A stretch of 32,000 nt of DNA from an uncultured archaeon (GTDB lineage: Archaea; Asgardarchaeota; Thorarchaeia; Thorarchaeales; CAZPUN01), in NCBI GenBank assembly GCA_964589775.1, contig CAZPUN010000013.1, forward strand, positions 1 to 32,000, written 5' to 3'. Every line of letters begins with the position of its first letter. The stretch's first letter is position 1. Shown here in pieces: positions 18,456 through 27,859 of this stretch. Below the pieces are notes generated by a model. It was given only the letters and a program-made list of their open reading frames with translations, ran no database searches and was not told the DNA's origin. A program made the translations under genes and the position numbers.

Positions 18456-21400
18456 ATGCTAATCACAAGCAAAAGCACCCAACAATATTTCGACAGCATC
18501 AATAAGGAAGTTGAAAAATTATATACAATAGCGAAAGAAGCACGAAAAAAGGGATTAGATCCAGTATCAGATGTCGAAATTCCACCAGCTCATGATGTGG
18601 CAGCAAGAGTTGAAGGATTACTTGGTCCAAAGGGTGTTGCTAAACGAATAAGAGAACTAAGTGAAACGTTGGAAAAAGAACCAGTCGCATTTAAAATCGC
18701 GGAAGAAATTGTTACAGGAAAAATTGGTAAATTTAAAAATGAAGAAGAAGCAGCAGACAAAGCAGTTAGAGTTGCCTTAGCTATTTTAACAGAATCAATT
18801 ACAGCTGCGCCATTAGAAGGAATCGATAAAGTAATTATACGAAATAATTTTGATAATTCAAAATACTTAGCATTATATTTAGCAGGTCCTATAAGAGCTG
18901 CAGGGGGAACTGAAGCAGCAGTTACAGTATTAATTGCAGATCATGTACGACGATGCATGAATTTAAGTGAATATAAAATTACAGACGATGAAGTTGAGCG
19001 TTATGTTGAAGAAGTTGAATTATATGCAAGAAATGTCCATTTGCAATATCCAGTAGTGCCAGATAAAATTAGATTTGCAGTAAGGCATTTGCCAATTGAA
19101 ATTACGGGGGAAGCAACTGAAAAAATCGAAGTATCAGGTTATCGTAATTTAGAAAGAGTTCCTACAAACCAAATTAGAGGCGGAGCTGTCTTAGTCCTTA
19201 ATGATGGGATTGTAGGTAGAGCCCATAAACTGTTAGCTGTTGTTGAAAAAGCCAAAATAAAAGGATGGGAATGGCTATCAGAAATTTCTACAAAAACAGA
19301 TAAAAACAAAAAAGTTGATACAAAAATTGAAGCAAAATGGGGATATTTAGAGGACGTAATAGCGGGAAGACCTGTATTTTCATTTCCAATGAGGAGAGGT
19401 GGGTTTAGATTAAGATATGGTAGGTCAAGAAATACGGGATTAGCAGGTGTTGGCATACATCCCGCAACCATGATCGTTGTTGATGAATTTTTGGCACCAG
19501 GAACACATATTAGAACTGAAAGACCCGGTAAGGGATCAATTGTAGCTCCTGTTGATTCATTAGAAGGCCCTATTGTGAAATTAAAAGACGGCTCAGTAAT
19601 TAAATTAGAAACAATTAATGACGCTCAAAAAATTAAAAATAGTATTTCAGAGATATTGTACATGGGCGATATTCTTATAGCTTTTGGGGAATTTTTAGAA
19701 AATAATCATGTATTAGTGCCTTCGGGATATGTAGAAGAATGGTGGTCTCAAGAGCTTGATTTAATATTAAACCGATTAAAGAGTCAATTAGATCCAGAAG
19801 AATATAATAAATATAAAAAATTTACAACAGATCCGTTTGAAATTAAGCCAGATCCCTTTGAGGCTCTTGAGATTTCATTAAAATTCGAAATACCACTTCA
19901 TCCAAAATATAACTATTTTTGGAATGAAATAACAATTGAACAATTAAAGGACCTTGTAAAGTATATAAACTCGGGAAAATATGATGAGTATAAAGATATC
20001 TTAACGATAGAAAATAATAATAAAGTAAAAGAAATACTAGAGATTTTGGGAATTCCGCATAAACTGTCAAATAATGAAATAAATATTTTCCAAGGAATTA
20101 TTCTAAAAACATTATTGGAATTTAACAATAAATCTGAATTTCCCGACTGTAATGATGTTTTTGATTGTATTAAGAAAATATCAAATATTAAAATACGAAA
20201 TAAGGCTCCAATTTTCATAGGCGCAAGAATGGGAAGACCTGAAAAGGCAAAAGCACGAAAAATGTCACCGCCAGTCCATGTTTTATTTCCAATTGGAAGA
20301 TATGGAGGACAATCAAGAAGCATAAAGAAAGCATCAAAAAGCGAAAAGATCTCAGTAGAAATTAGTTATCGTATATGCCCAAAATGTAGAACTGAAACAT
20401 ATCTTCCAAAATGCCCAATATGTGGTGAAGAAACAATATTTGGTAAATATTGCTCAAAATGTAATATATCAAGTAAAACTGACAAATGCCCAAAATGTGG
20501 TGGAAATACCCAATCTTACAAAACATGGACAATTGATTTTAATTCTACATATAAGAACGCAGCAGCTAAATTAGGCCTTAATGGGATGGATGCAAAAGGA
20601 GTAATTGGATTAACTAGTAAACAAAAAGTTCCAGAAATATTGGAAAAAGGATTACTTCGATCGAAAAATAATGTGTTTGTTTATAGGGATGGAACGTGTA
20701 GATTTGATATGACAGATACACCATTAACTCATTTTACACCAAAAGAAGTTGGAGTCTCTATTGAAAAACTTTTGGCTTTAGGTTACACTCATGATTACTT
20801 AGGAAATCCTCTGACTGATGAAAATCAAGTTTTAGAACTTAAAGTTCAAGATATAATCATTCCATATGATGCAGCAGATTATATGATCAACGTAGGTAAT
20901 TTCATTGATGATGAACTAGAGAAAATATATGGAATGAAACGTTATTATAATTTTAGAAGAAGAGAGGATGTTATTGGACATTTGGTTATTGGACTTGCAC
21001 CACATACTTCAGCAGGCATGATCGGTCGTATCATTGGATTTACAACAACAAAAGGATGTTTAGCTCACCCGTTCTGGCATGCTAGTAAAAGAAGAAATTG
21101 CGATGGTGATGAAGATGCTATAATTTTAGTATTGGATGCTTTAATCAATTTCTCAAGATATTATTTGCCAGCTCAACGAGGTGGATTTATGGATGCACCT
21201 TTAGTATTATCAATTCTATTAGATCCTGCAGAAGTAGATGATGAATCACATAATATGGAAGTAGTAGGTATGCTTCCACTTGAATTTTATGAGAAAACTC
21301 AAGAAATAATACATCCTAAAAAAATCAAATCCATAATAGATATATTAGAACACAGAATTGGAAAACCCGAACAATATGAGGGATTCAAATTTAGCCATCC

Positions 21401-21851
21401 GACTTCAAATATAAATCAAGGACCAAAACTAACAAAATATAAAACCTTAGAAACAATGGCAGACAAAGTAGAGGCGCAATTATTATTAGCCCAAATGATA
21501 CGGGCAGTCGATGCAAAGAGTGTTGCACAACAAATAATATCACATCATCTCATACGCGATATACTAGGCAATCTACGAGCATTTACAACACAAAGATTTA
21601 GATGTATAAAATGCGGAAAAACATATCGTCGGTTACCATTAACAAAAACATGTCCAAAATGTGGAGGTAAAGTAAATCTTACAGTCTATCAAAAGAGTGT
21701 CGAAAAATATTTAGAAATTGCAAGGATTTTGACAGACAGATTTGATTTGGATCAATATCAAAAAACACGAATTGAAACCATAAGACTTGCAATCGAGGCT
21801 ACATTTGAGAATGGAAAGACAAAACAAGTTACATTAAGTGATTTTCTATAA
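18456..21851 (+). CDS. polC: DNA polymerase D large subunit DP2
   Basis: AAPLEGI, AGPIRAAGGT, GGFRLRYGRSRNTG, IGARMGRPEK, catalytic RRNCDGDED, zinc fingers and a C-terminal PIP-like QVTLSDFL. No intein. Confidence 0.98.
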   Translation: MLITSKSTQQYFDSINKEVEKLYTIAKEARKKGLDPVSDVEIPPAHDVAARVEGLLGPKGVAKRIRELSETLEKEPVAFKIAEEIVTGKIGKFKNEEEAADKAVRVALAILTESITAAPLEGIDKVIIRNNFDNSKYLALYLAGPIRAAGGTEAAVTVLIADHVRRCMNLSEYKITDDEVERYVEEVELYARNVHLQYPVVPDKIRFAVRHLPIEITGEATEKIEVSGYRNLERVPTNQIRGGAVLVLNDGIVGRAHKLLAVVEKAKIKGWEWLSEISTKTDKNKKVDTKIEAKWGYLEDVIAGRPVFSFPMRRGGFRLRYGRSRNTGLAGVGIHPATMIVVDEFLAPGTHIRTERPGKGSIVAPVDSLEGPIVKLKDGSVIKLETINDAQKIKNSISEILYMGDILIAFGEFLENNHVLVPSGYVEEWWSQELDLILNRLKSQLDPEEYNKYKKFTTDPFEIKPDPFEALEISLKFEIPLHPKYNYFWNEITIEQLKDLVKYINSGKYDEYKDILTIENNNKVKEILEILGIPHKLSNNEINIFQGIILKTLLEFNNKSEFPDCNDVFDCIKKISNIKIRNKAPIFIGARMGRPEKAKARKMSPPVHVLFPIGRYGGQSRSIKKASKSEKISVEISYRICPKCRTETYLPKCPICGEETIFGKYCSKCNISSKTDKCPKCGGNTQSYKTWTIDFNSTYKNAAAKLGLNGMDAKGVIGLTSKQKVPEILEKGLLRSKNNVFVYRDGTCRFDMTDTPLTHFTPKEVGVSIEKLLALGYTHDYLGNPLTDENQVLELKVQDIIIPYDAADYMINVGNFIDDELEKIYGMKRYYNFRRREDVIGHLVIGLAPHTSAGMIGRIIGFTTTKGCLAHPFWHASKRRNCDGDEDAIILVLDALINFSRYYLPAQRGGFMDAPLVLSILLDPAEVDDESHNMEVVGMLPLEFYEKTQEIIHPKKIKSIIDILEHRIGKPEQYEGFKFSHPTSNINQGPKLTKYKTLETMADKVEAQLLLAQMIRAVDAKSVAQQIISHHLIRDILGNLRAFTTQRFRCIKCGKTYRRLPLTKTCPKCGGKVNLTVYQKSVEKYLEIARILTDRFDLDQYQKTRIETIRLAIEATFENGKTKQVTLSDFL

Positions 21852-21869
21852 AAAATAAAAAATTGTAGA

Positions 21870-22709
21870 CTACAATATATTGACAATATGGCGCAGTATT
21901 TTTAAATCACTAATTAATCCAACCAAATTATCACCAGCATCAAGAACAGGAATTTGGTCCACATCATATTTTCGCATCTTCTTTATTACATCAACCAATG
22001 AAGTAAAGATTGTAACTGTAACAACATTCTTTACCATGACTTCCTCTAATAATTTATCAGGCAAAGTAATAATTTTCTTCGTGATATAATATACATCCGT
22101 TTTATCCCAACTCCAAGAAGTCTCAGGAGCTACAGTAGCATAATTGGACAAAGCCTCAGTAGATAGATCAATCATTTTTATAAAATCGCTTGTTGAAATG
22201 AATCCAACAAGTTGACCGGAATCATTAATAACAGGAGCTGCATTTAATCCTGCAAATCTAAGTATGTACAAACACAATGAAACAGGAGTTTTTTCCCATA
22301 ATACAAAAACATTTTTCTCAAATAAATCAGATATACCTTCTTCAGGATCTAATTTTCTAATTGCACTAGTAATAATATCAGATACAGTAATAATTCCGAC
22401 AAGTTCATCGTTTTCAACAACAGGTAATCGGCGAACACCATGATTTATGATTTTAAGTGCAGCTTCTTTTACATCATCATCCGGATTAACAGTTATTGGA
22501 TCACGAGTCATTAACATAGCTAATTGCTGTTCGTCAGCTTTAGATAATAAATCACTTTTAGTTACCATTCCAACCAATGTTTTTGTACCTTTTTTAACAA
22601 CAGGAAGACCCATCTTTCCATGTTTATCCATAAGCTCAATAACATGTTCTCGAGATCCTGGTACTTCTGCTACTATAACATCCTTTGACATAATATCTTT
22701 GACTTTCAT
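21870..22709 (-). CDS. CBS-domain protein (four CBS repeats)
   Basis: VKDIMS, LPVV..LVGMVT.SDL, VRRLPVV..LVGIITVSDI, QIPV..LVGLISD. Confidence 0.9.
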   Translation of the reverse strand: MKVKDIMSKDVIVAEVPGSREHVIELMDKHGKMGLPVVKKGTKTLVGMVTKSDLLSKADEQQLAMLMTRDPITVNPDDDVKEAALKIINHGVRRLPVVENDELVGIITVSDIITSAIRKLDPEEGISDLFEKNVFVLWEKTPVSLCLYILRFAGLNAAPVINDSGQLVGFISTSDFIKMIDLSTEALSNYATVAPETSWSWDKTDVYYITKKIITLPDKLLEEVMVKNVVTVTIFTSLVDVIKKMRKYDVDQIPVLDAGDNLVGLISDLKILRHIVNIL

Positions 22710-22827
22710 TGTTTTGCCGACTCCATCGTGAACCTAATTATAAATAACGAGCAGTAAATTAAAGATTATTTAATATAAAATATAAAAAAAATCCTTAATA
22801 AACTTTCTAAAAAGTAAAAGGAAAAAT

Positions 22828-23406
22828 TCAATGTGGAACATTCTTCAACCCAATAAGAAAGCTAATAACATTAGCTAAGATATGTGCAATGAATGAGATA
22901 GAAATCAATAATATAACAAAGATAATGTTTGGGCGAATAACAGGTAATGCAAACAATATTGCAAATATGATGAAACCTATTTGATCCATACCTAAGAACA
23001 TTTCACCACGTTCTAAGCCGCGTCTTCTTTTTATGAAAGACCCGAATAAATCCCCAAATAACGCACCAAATGAAAGAAGAAATCCACGAAGAAGATCTGT
23101 ATTAATGATTTCAAAAACATCAGGTGTAAGAATAGTATATTCTTGAATTAAATTCAATGTTTGTGGAATGAATAGTATTTGAATATAAGTTACGATCATA
23201 CCTGAAACAATACCTGCAATAAATCCACGAATTGTTTTGCCATCACCTAAAATACGACGACCGTCACGAAATTTTTTCCCAAGATCAATTGGGGTGCCAC
23301 CTCCAAAAATCAGGGGCATACCATTTGCAAACCAAGCAGGCAATCCAAGCCAAAGGGCAGTTCCAAGATAAAGTACGATTTGAATAAACATAGGATCATA
23401 AGCCAT
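22828..23406 (-). CDS. carS: CDP-archaeol synthase
   Basis: PAWFANGMP..GGGTPID.G, GRRILGDGKTIRG, GDL.GSFIKRR, DQ motif. Likely start MAYDP at 23406. Confidence 0.93.
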   Translation of the reverse strand: MAYDPMFIQIVLYLGTALWLGLPAWFANGMPLIFGGGTPIDLGKKFRDGRRILGDGKTIRGFIAGIVSGMIVTYIQILFIPQTLNLIQEYTILTPDVFEIINTDLLRGFLLSFGALFGDLFGSFIKRRRGLERGEMFLGMDQIGFIIFAILFALPVIRPNIIFVILLISISFIAHILANVISFLIGLKNVPH

Positions 23407-23526
23407 ATTTAAGCACCATTTCAAAATGAAATCAAAATCATTTATATGAATAACGATTAATAACAAAGAATATTTATAGTTTTATAAAGAAATATTTGAT
23501 AGTATGATTATGAGCTGGTGCAATAA

Positions 23527-23778
23527 ATGGGAAGACGAAAGAGACAAAAGGTACAGAAGCGTTATGTTAGAAAATTACCAACTGTATTTAACTGCCCTCA
23601 CTGTGGTGAAACTTCAATAAAAATTGAAATAGACAAAAATAAAAATATAGCCCATTTGAGATGCGGCCATTGTGGAATAGAATTTGTAGATGATAAAGTA
23701 ACTGACTTGACAGAACCAGTAGACGTATATGCACATTTTATAGATGCATACCACAATGGAGAAATTGAAATTGAATAG
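23527..23778 (+). CDS. elf1: Transcription elongation factor Elf1
   Basis: MGRRKR basic N-terminus, LPTVFNCPHC, CGHC, EPVDVY..FID. Confidence 0.93.
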   Translation: MGRRKRQKVQKRYVRKLPTVFNCPHCGETSIKIEIDKNKNIAHLRCGHCGIEFVDDKVTDLTEPVDVYAHFIDAYHNGEIEIE

Positions 23779-23860
23779 ATAATAGGAAATATTAAAAACA
23801 CATTTTTTTACACCAACATTAAATATTATAGAAAATCAATTAGTTTCGGTGGTTCAACAT

Positions 23861-24934
23861 ATGAAACAAAAAATAACGATAATATTGATGATTATTGTAC
23901 TTTCAGCTTCAATTTACACAATTCCATCATCCGCACAAACTATAGATCAAGTCACTGTTTTAATAGATAAGACACACTTGGAAAAATATAGTTATGATAC
24001 AAATCTAACCAAGGCAATTAATGCATTAAATCTATCGACCCACTTTTTGGTTAAAGTACTGGATGATGGTGAAATAGATAATAATACATTAAATAATGTT
24101 GATATTCTTATGATTACCAGTCCTCAGCAAACACTTTCAGATAATGAGAGCCTTGCAATACAAGAGTTCCTGTCAAAAGGAGGAAGATTATTCTTATCAA
24201 CAGATCCTCAAATTGGAGAAAATACTACATATGAACATAAATTAGGAAATCCAGAAGTATTTCAAAAGATTCTGGATTCGTTAAATATAACTCAAATTAA
24301 GATTTCAATGGACGTTAAGAGAAATAATGAAACTAATGAAATTACAGACATTTATGGAGACTCATTATTAGATATTGAACATTCGGTTGACGAAAATCAT
24401 ACATATTTAGTAAGACTCGATGCTTCAACATTTACAGTAGGACATACAATATCTCAAGGAATTTCAGAAGTCTATACAATAACTGCGACATTTAAACCCA
24501 CAAATACAAGCTTTGCAATAGGTAGAGGATATAACACATCATTTGCACAATACGTCGTGGATAATAAATATAGAAATGCATCATTTCCAGCAATGAATTT
24601 TCAGACATATTATGATATAATGAATGAAACAGGTGTCCCACCATTTTCAGCAATTAACGGTACAAGACCACCCTGGTTAATAGGAATACAAATGAATCAA
24701 AGTAAGATTGCCATTGTAGGCTCAACTATAATGTTTAGTGATGTCGAATGTGAAATTCTGAATACCACATGGTTTGATACTGCAAATAATGCGCAATTAT
24801 TTATGAACATCATGGAATGGTTAGGAGAAGATTTAATACAAACACCAACAGTTATTCCATATATTGCAGGCTTTTCTCTAGTAATGATGGTTATAGGACT
24901 ATTAGTCTATCTAAGAGGTAAAAAAGAAGAATAG
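23861..24934 (+). CDS. Type I membrane glycoprotein with GIFT (GldG/IFT52/Wbp1-like) domain
   Basis: Signal peptide; VLID..H, DILMI.SP, IQEFL.KGG.LFL, GS..MFSD, N.QLF.NI.EWL; one C-terminal TM helix. GGTGG lies upstream of ATG 23861. Confidence 0.75.
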   Translation: MKQKITIILMIIVLSASIYTIPSSAQTIDQVTVLIDKTHLEKYSYDTNLTKAINALNLSTHFLVKVLDDGEIDNNTLNNVDILMITSPQQTLSDNESLAIQEFLSKGGRLFLSTDPQIGENTTYEHKLGNPEVFQKILDSLNITQIKISMDVKRNNETNEITDIYGDSLLDIEHSVDENHTYLVRLDASTFTVGHTISQGISEVYTITATFKPTNTSFAIGRGYNTSFAQYVVDNKYRNASFPAMNFQTYYDIMNETGVPPFSAINGTRPPWLIGIQMNQSKIAIVGSTIMFSDVECEILNTTWFDTANNAQLFMNIMEWLGEDLIQTPTVIPYIAGFSLVMMVIGLLVYLRGKKEE

Positions 24935-24941
24935 ATTACAA

Positions 24942-25568
24942 CTATTCTTTTCTTTTTTTATTTACAAATGAATCAATCAACATTTTTAATTCATAATAAC
25001 CTTCTTTGGTCTTTGCTGAAAATGGAATTATCAAATGTGATCTAGGAACCCATCGTTCAAACCCAAAAACCTTAGATACAAAATCTAATTGCTCAATACG
25101 CTCCTTTTTCCTTAATTTATCAATTTTATTCATAATAATAGATGTATATTTAGAAAAATTCCTCAAATAGTTAAAAAGCAATAAAGAAATAGGTTCAATA
25201 TTTTTTGATTTTAGTTTTAAATAGATCTGCGGAAATGATGATATATCTTCGATGATAAATGAATAAATTGCACATTCTTTATGACGGTCAATAAAATCAA
25301 TGACGGTTTTTGAAATTTTAAATGAATCACTTCGCGAATGTTTAGCTGAAAAACCAATCCCAGGCATATCAATAATCCAGTAGGAGCCCATAAATATGGC
25401 GATTGGAATAACAGTAGTTCCAGATTTTTTACCAATACGAACTTTTTTCCCACTGATCAAACGTATAATACTACTTTTACCAACATTGCTTCGACCTACA
25501 AATAAGATAAGTGGATACTCTGTTGAACGTAAATCGATTTCAGGTCCAAATAATATATCGTCTTTCAT
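24942..25568 (-). CDS. engB: EngB/YihA family GTP-binding protein
   Basis: G1 GRSNVGKSS, G3 DMPG, G4 NKID, G5 SAK. Confidence 0.88.
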   Translation of the reverse strand: MKDDILFGPEIDLRSTEYPLILFVGRSNVGKSSIIRLISGKKVRIGKKSGTTVIPIAIFMGSYWIIDMPGIGFSAKHSRSDSFKISKTVIDFIDRHKECAIYSFIIEDISSFPQIYLKLKSKNIEPISLLLFNYLRNFSKYTSIIMNKIDKLRKKERIEQLDFVSKVFGFERWVPRSHLIIPFSAKTKEGYYELKMLIDSFVNKKRKE

Positions 25569-25601
25569 AATAAGATATAGGTATAGAATAGTACAAATCT
25601 T

Positions 25602-25829
25602 TTATGATTTTACATATTTTTCCCTAAAAATGTTTAAAAATATTTTAACATCAGTTTTGAAAGTAATATCAAATTCGGATTCATACTTGTGTAAAATAGA
25701 AACCAATTCATCATAATTGGAAACAAGGTCTTGTATAGATTCAATTATTTTTCTAAAACGCTCAATATTGGAGATATACGGTATTGATTCATTAAAAGCC
25801 GTTAAAATAAAATCACTAAAGGAAGACAT
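25602..25829 (-). CDS. Small helical hypothetical protein (75 aa)
   Basis: Fills the gap between neighbours and has a GGAGG upstream. No recognisable family. Confidence 0.65.
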   Translation of the reverse strand: MSSFSDFILTAFNESIPYISNIERFRKIIESIQDLVSNYDELVSILHKYESEFDITFKTDVKIFLNIFREKYVKS

Positions 25830-25849
25830 AGTATGGTAAAGCCTCCATA

Positions 25850-25951
25850 CTATTCTTCTTCTCCGCTATACAGCATATAAACCATAATTAATATAATTAC
25901 TAAAATTGCCATTCCTTCAACAAGTAATTGTAGAACTTCCAAGTCAATCAT
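25850..25951 (-). CDS. 33-aa single-TM miniprotein, Ost4-like (absent from ORF track)
   Basis: Hand translation: MIDLEVLQLLVEGMAILVIILIMVYMLYSGEEE*. Fills an otherwise empty gap and has a BRE/TATA-like element upstream. Confidence 0.6.
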   Translation of the reverse strand: MIDLEVLQLLVEGMAILVIILIMVYMLYSGEEE

Positions 25952-25984
25952 TTTCTTCAACCGAGTTTATTCGGTTAAAAAAGA

Positions 25985-25998
25985 TTAATAACCTTTTC
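25985..25998 (-). promoter_or_regulatory. BRE/TATA-like promoter for the 33-aa ORF
   Basis: Minus strand reads GAAAAGG-TTATTAA, with the TATA part 34-40 nt upstream of ATG 25951. Confidence 0.45.
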
Positions 25999-26000
25999 TC

Positions 26001-26375
26001 TTACTTCATATGATACTCTTTACTCAGATCAATAAATTTGATCCATTCACTATCATCATGATACTCAGTTTTATATAAATTTTGATTACATGCAATAATT
26101 TGTGCAATTTGATGATAGCAATATTTTTCTGTTCGCTTAACAACAACGGACATATAAAAGTCAGTACATGAACAGAATAAACTATCAAAAAGAATATGTT
26201 CTCGTTTTCGACCCACAACGGTCCATAGAACTCTATTAGAAGGCCGAAAAATATGCTTTTTAACATAGCCTTTTTTTGCAACTAAATACCCACGATTGAA
26301 TCTTCGGCCATACTCATTTTCGAGCCTTTCGATATCAATTTCACTAAAATTTTTTTTAAATAGTAGATCGCTCAT
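26001..26375 (-). CDS. SWIM zinc-finger protein
   Basis: FCSCTDF...CYH motif and WTVVG. ATGA overlap with the upstream mutase. Confidence 0.85.
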   Translation of the reverse strand: MSDLLFKKNFSEIDIERLENEYGRRFNRGYLVAKKGYVKKHIFRPSNRVLWTVVGRKREHILFDSLFCSCTDFYMSVVVKRTEKYCYHQIAQIIACNQNLYKTEYHDDSEWIKFIDLSKEYHMK

Positions 26376-27748
26376 GAAAGCTCACCAAATTCATCGAAGG
26401 CCATTTTTATGATGTTTTCTGTTTTACTAACAATAGAATTAAGTTCTGAAGAATTCGATGCCTCAGCATATAATCTAATTTTTGGTTCAGTACCTGATTT
26501 TCTAATTAATACCCAAGAACCATTAGACATGTTTATTCGAATACCATCAAAAAGATCTACGGACGATTTTTCTTTAAAGACAAATGGAAGATGTTCAGAG
26601 ATATATTTGAAAATCAGATCTTTTGATTCTTCAGAACAATAAAAGTTCTTTCGTACCATAGGATAGTTGGGAATCTCTAATAATAATTCATTTAATGATT
26701 TATCCGAATTTGAAATCATTTCAGTTAATCTTAAAGCGCCAAAAATTCCGTCAATCCATAACCCCAAATAAGGAAATATAGGCTTCCACGGTTCAGAAGC
26801 AAATGCAACAGATTTATCCGGCTGATTTACAATTTCATTAACTAAACCACCAAGTCTTGTTCGAATAACTTCTGCATTATGTTTTGATACAATAAAATCA
26901 ATAGCATATGAAGTATCTATGGTCGTGATTACCAAATTACTTTTAGTTTTTGAAAGTTCATAAGAAGACATTAATGCGATAATTCGACTCGTATTTATAA
27001 ATGTGCCATCGCTTGTAATTACAGCAATACGATCTCCATCGCCATCATGAGCAATAGCAAAATCAACATCGAGCTCCTTTACGATATTAATTGTGTCTTC
27101 TAAATTTCTTTCGGAAGGCTCAGCAAGATGTGCTGGAAAATAACCATCACTTTGTGCATTGATAGATACAACAGTATGCCCTAATTTTGTTAAAAGATAT
27201 GGTGTGTATCTCGAGGTTGCACCATTGACGCAATCGACTGCTATGCGTAGTTTTTCCCTATTATTTCTAATAAATTTAATAAGATAATTCATATATTCAA
27301 TAGATAAATCTTTTTTATGATAAGAGCCTACAAAATTCCATTTAACATAAGAGGGACTTTGATTTGTAAACTTTTCAATATCAGATTCTTCAGATCTAAG
27401 AAATTCACGACCATTACGATAGAACTTAAAACCATTATATTCAGGAGGATTATGGGATGCGGTAATCATAACAGACGCATCATAAGAAAATAAGCTTGCA
27501 AAACCAACAACAGTTACTGGAACTTCACCAAGATCATAAACATTAATTCCAGATGAAAGTAAAGCAGATGCAAATGCGTCAAATAATACATCACGTGTTG
27601 TTCGAGAATCATAACCGATTGCAACAGATCCTTTATTTTTAAGGAAATGACCTAAAGCAAAACCAAGCTTAGATGCTAGATGCGGAGTTACAAAGTCGAG
27701 ATATTTACCGCGAATGCCAGCAGTTCCGAATAATTTATGAGCGCTCAT
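26372..27748 (-). CDS. Alpha-D-phosphohexomutase (phosphomannomutase/phosphoglucosamine mutase family)
   Basis: LFGTAGIRG, phosphoserine loop TASHNP, metal loop DGDGDR, RKSGTEPKIRLYAE. Substrate cannot be resolved from sequence. Confidence 0.93.
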   Translation of the reverse strand: MSAHKLFGTAGIRGKYLDFVTPHLASKLGFALGHFLKNKGSVAIGYDSRTTRDVLFDAFASALLSSGINVYDLGEVPVTVVGFASLFSYDASVMITASHNPPEYNGFKFYRNGREFLRSEESDIEKFTNQSPSYVKWNFVGSYHKKDLSIEYMNYLIKFIRNNREKLRIAVDCVNGATSRYTPYLLTKLGHTVVSINAQSDGYFPAHLAEPSERNLEDTINIVKELDVDFAIAHDGDGDRIAVITSDGTFINTSRIIALMSSYELSKTKSNLVITTIDTSYAIDFIVSKHNAEVIRTRLGGLVNEIVNQPDKSVAFASEPWKPIFPYLGLWIDGIFGALRLTEMISNSDKSLNELLLEIPNYPMVRKNFYCSEESKDLIFKYISEHLPFVFKEKSSVDLFDGIRINMSNGSWVLIRKSGTEPKIRLYAEASNSSELNSIVSKTENIIKMAFDEFGELS

Positions 27749-27859
27749 TTTAAATTCCGCCAGATATTCATAACAAAAATAGTCTTATGATAAATTATAT
27801 TAAAATGATTTGATTAATGATTAAATATAAACTTTTTATAAAAAGGTGAAAAATTAAGA

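Noticed and set aside
18456-21851. Inteins in DP2 (also checked cdc6 and topA)
   Set aside because: Lengths are normal, motifs are contiguous (RRNCDGDED intact) and no splicing or LAGLIDADG motifs are visible.
22710-22827. tRNA or structured ncRNA in the larger intergenic gaps
   Set aside because: The gaps are AT-rich, with no cloverleaf or GC-rich stems that I could identify.
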